This document shows positions 62,281 to 64,000 of a DNA stretch of 64,000 nucleotides, piece after piece; position 1 is the stretch's first letter; each line of letters begins with the position of its first letter. Origin of the DNA: Gammaproteobacteria bacterium (GTDB lineage Bacteria > Pseudomonadota > Gammaproteobacteria > Ga0077554 > Ga007554). A program made the position numbers and the translations under genes. Where the stretch lies: positions 3,924-67,923 of the forward strand of contig JACPOZ010000030.1 of assembly GCA_016191235.1 (NCBI GenBank), given 5' to 3'. The notes beneath the pieces were generated by a model, which made no database searches, was not told the DNA's origin, and saw nothing but the letters and a program-made list of their open reading frames with translations.

Positions 62281-63779
62281 CAACTCTCCTTCCGGCATTC
62301 GTGCGTCACTTTCACCTCGCCATCCTCATGCACGGTCTCCAGGCGTACGGTGAAGCCCCATAACCGGGCGAGGTGTTTGAGCACTTCGTCGGCGTCGTCG
62401 TTCATTGGGCGCCGGTTGTGCTGGATATGGCGCAGGGTCAGCGAGCGGTCGCCGCGGCGATTGACGTTGTAGACCTGGATATTGGGTTCGCGGTTGCCCA
62501 GGTTGTAATTTTCGGCGAGCGCCTGGCGGATGTAGCGGTAGCCGCGTTCGTCGTGTATCGCCGAGATTTCGAGTTGATTGTCTGTGTCGTCGTCGAGCAC
62601 GGCGAACAGTTTCAGGTCGCGGATCAGCTTGGGCGACAGGTATTGCGCGATAAAACTCTCGTCCTTGAAGTTACGCATGGCGAAATCCAATGACTTGATC
62701 CAGTCGCTACCGGCAAGATCCGGGAACCAGTGCCTGTCTTCGTCGGTGGGGTGCTCGCAGATGCGGCGGATGTCGCTCATCATGGCAAAGCCCAGCGCAT
62801 AGGGATTGATGCCGCTGTAGTACTTGCTGTCATACGGCGGTTGATAGACTACGTTAGTGTGGGATTGCAGGAATTCGATCATGAAGCCGTCGCTGAGCAG
62901 GCCTTCGTCGTACATAGTGTTGAGGATGGTGTAGTGCCAGAAGGTCGCCCAGCCCTCGTTCATCACCTGGGTCTGGCGCTGCGGATAGAAATATTGCGCC
63001 ATTTTTCTGACGATACGCACGACCTCGCGTTGCCACGGTTCCAATAGCGGGGCATTTTTCTCGATGAAATAGAGGAGGTTTTCCTGCGGCTCCGGCGGGA
63101 AATGTTCTTCCTCATGCACATTGGCGCGCTTGTCTGTCACCGGCACGGTGCGCCACAGGTCGTTGATGCGCGATTGCAGGTACTCTTCCCGCTCCTTGTG
63201 CCGCTGCTGCTCCTCTTGCAGAGAGAGGCGGGCGGGGCGTTTGTAGCGGTCTACGCCGTAATTCATCAGGGCGTGACAGGAGTCCAGCACCGCCTCGACC
63301 TCATCGGCGCCATAGCGCTGCTCACACTCGGCGATGTAGTTTCGGGCGAACAACAGATAGTCGACGATGGATTCCGCATCTGTCCAGGCGCGGAACAGAT
63401 AATTGCCCTTGAAAAAGGAATTGTGGCCGTAAGCGGCATGGGCGATTACCAGGGCCTGCATCATCATGGTGTTTTCTTCCATGAGGTAGGCGATGCACGG
63501 ACTGGAGTTGATGACGATCTCGTACGCCAGGCCCATCTGGCCGCGCCGGTAACGCTGTTCGACACCGAGGAACTGCTTGCCGAACGACCAATGCGCATAG
63601 CCCACCGGCATGCCTACATAGGAGTAGGCGTCCATCATCTGTTCCGCGGTGATGATCTCTATCTGGTTGGGATAGGTGTCGAGCTTGTAATGTGCGGCAA
63701 CACGGGCGATCTCATTGTGATACTTGTCGAGCAGATCGAAGGTCCACTCGGATGTTTCGGACAACACGCGCTTTTCCAT
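62280..63779 (-). CDS. SpoVR family protein (YcgB)
   Basis: GLAYEIVINS, GHNSFF, MNEGWATFWH, INPYALGF. Confidence 0.93.
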   Translation of the reverse strand: MEKRVLSETSEWTFDLLDKYHNEIARVAAHYKLDTYPNQIEIITAEQMMDAYSYVGMPVGYAHWSFGKQFLGVEQRYRRGQMGLAYEIVINSSPCIAYLMEENTMMMQALVIAHAAYGHNSFFKGNYLFRAWTDAESIVDYLLFARNYIAECEQRYGADEVEAVLDSCHALMNYGVDRYKRPARLSLQEEQQRHKEREEYLQSRINDLWRTVPVTDKRANVHEEEHFPPEPQENLLYFIEKNAPLLEPWQREVVRIVRKMAQYFYPQRQTQVMNEGWATFWHYTILNTMYDEGLLSDGFMIEFLQSHTNVVYQPPYDSKYYSGINPYALGFAMMSDIRRICEHPTDEDRHWFPDLAGSDWIKSLDFAMRNFKDESFIAQYLSPKLIRDLKLFAVLDDDTDNQLEISAIHDERGYRYIRQALAENYNLGNREPNIQVYNVNRRGDRSLTLRHIQHNRRPMNDDADEVLKHLARLWGFTVRLETVHEDGEVKVTHECRKES

Positions 63780-63780
63780 G

Positions 63781-64000
63781 TCACACCAGCTTTTTCTGGA
63801 AGAGTTTGCGAAACACGGGATAGATATCCGCGGGTTCGGTAATATGCTGCATGGCGAAATTCGGGCAGGACCGCTTCACGGTCAGATATTCGCGCCACAG
63901 CCCCTGATGATTCTCATCGGTGATCTCGATGTAGGCGTAATACTGCATGTTCGGCATGATGGCGTTGATCAGGATGTCGCGGCAGATCGGTGAATCGTCG
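63781..64000 (-). CDS. YeaH/YhbH family protein, C-terminal part
   Basis: ...QYYAYIEI...FAMQHI...DIYPVFRKLFQKKLV stop; upstream of spoVR. Confidence 0.85.
   Translation of the reverse strand, partial: DDSPICRDILINAIMPNMQYYAYIEITDENHQGLWREYLTVKRSCPNFAMQHITEPADIYPVFRKLFQKKLV

Overview
A ~58% GC gammaproteobacterial chromosomal segment. Three conserved core blocks are present: (1) ntrX(partial)-ntrY-DUF4390-rsmB-fmt-def / tsaP-like-dprA-smg-topA; (2) mlaFED-[TolC-like]-mlaCB-bolA-murA-hisGDCBHAF; (3) hrpB-mltD-gloB / methyltransferase-rnhA-dnaQ, followed by ankyrin, FKBP, srkA, an Xre/RES toxin-antitoxin pair and spoVR-yeaH(partial). Two accessory islands interrupt these blocks. The first (~11.9-22.3 kb) is a type I R-M island with a frameshifted, chimeric hsdM, a REP-associated tyrosine transposase (RAYT) translationally coupled between hsdM and hsdS, a Fic protein and a YgjP/M48 protease. 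The second (~35.4-47.5 kb, after hisF) carries an ABC/AAA ATPase plus a TOPRIM-like (DUF4276-like) pair, a subtilase divergent from a propeller-vWA-beta-barrel protein, lipoproteins and a deleted IS4. Strongest candidates for something new: a TolC-family gene coupled inside the Mla operon; an sRNA candidate with a sigma-54 promoter, an IHF site and anti-Shine-Dalgarno loops (61754-61837, minus strand); an IS4-derived MITE carrying a REP; and the cargo-loaded type I R-M locus. Intergenic regions carry several palindromic repeat families and gene scars. No tRNA, rRNA or CRISPR array was seen. All family calls come from motif recognition by eye, not from database searches.
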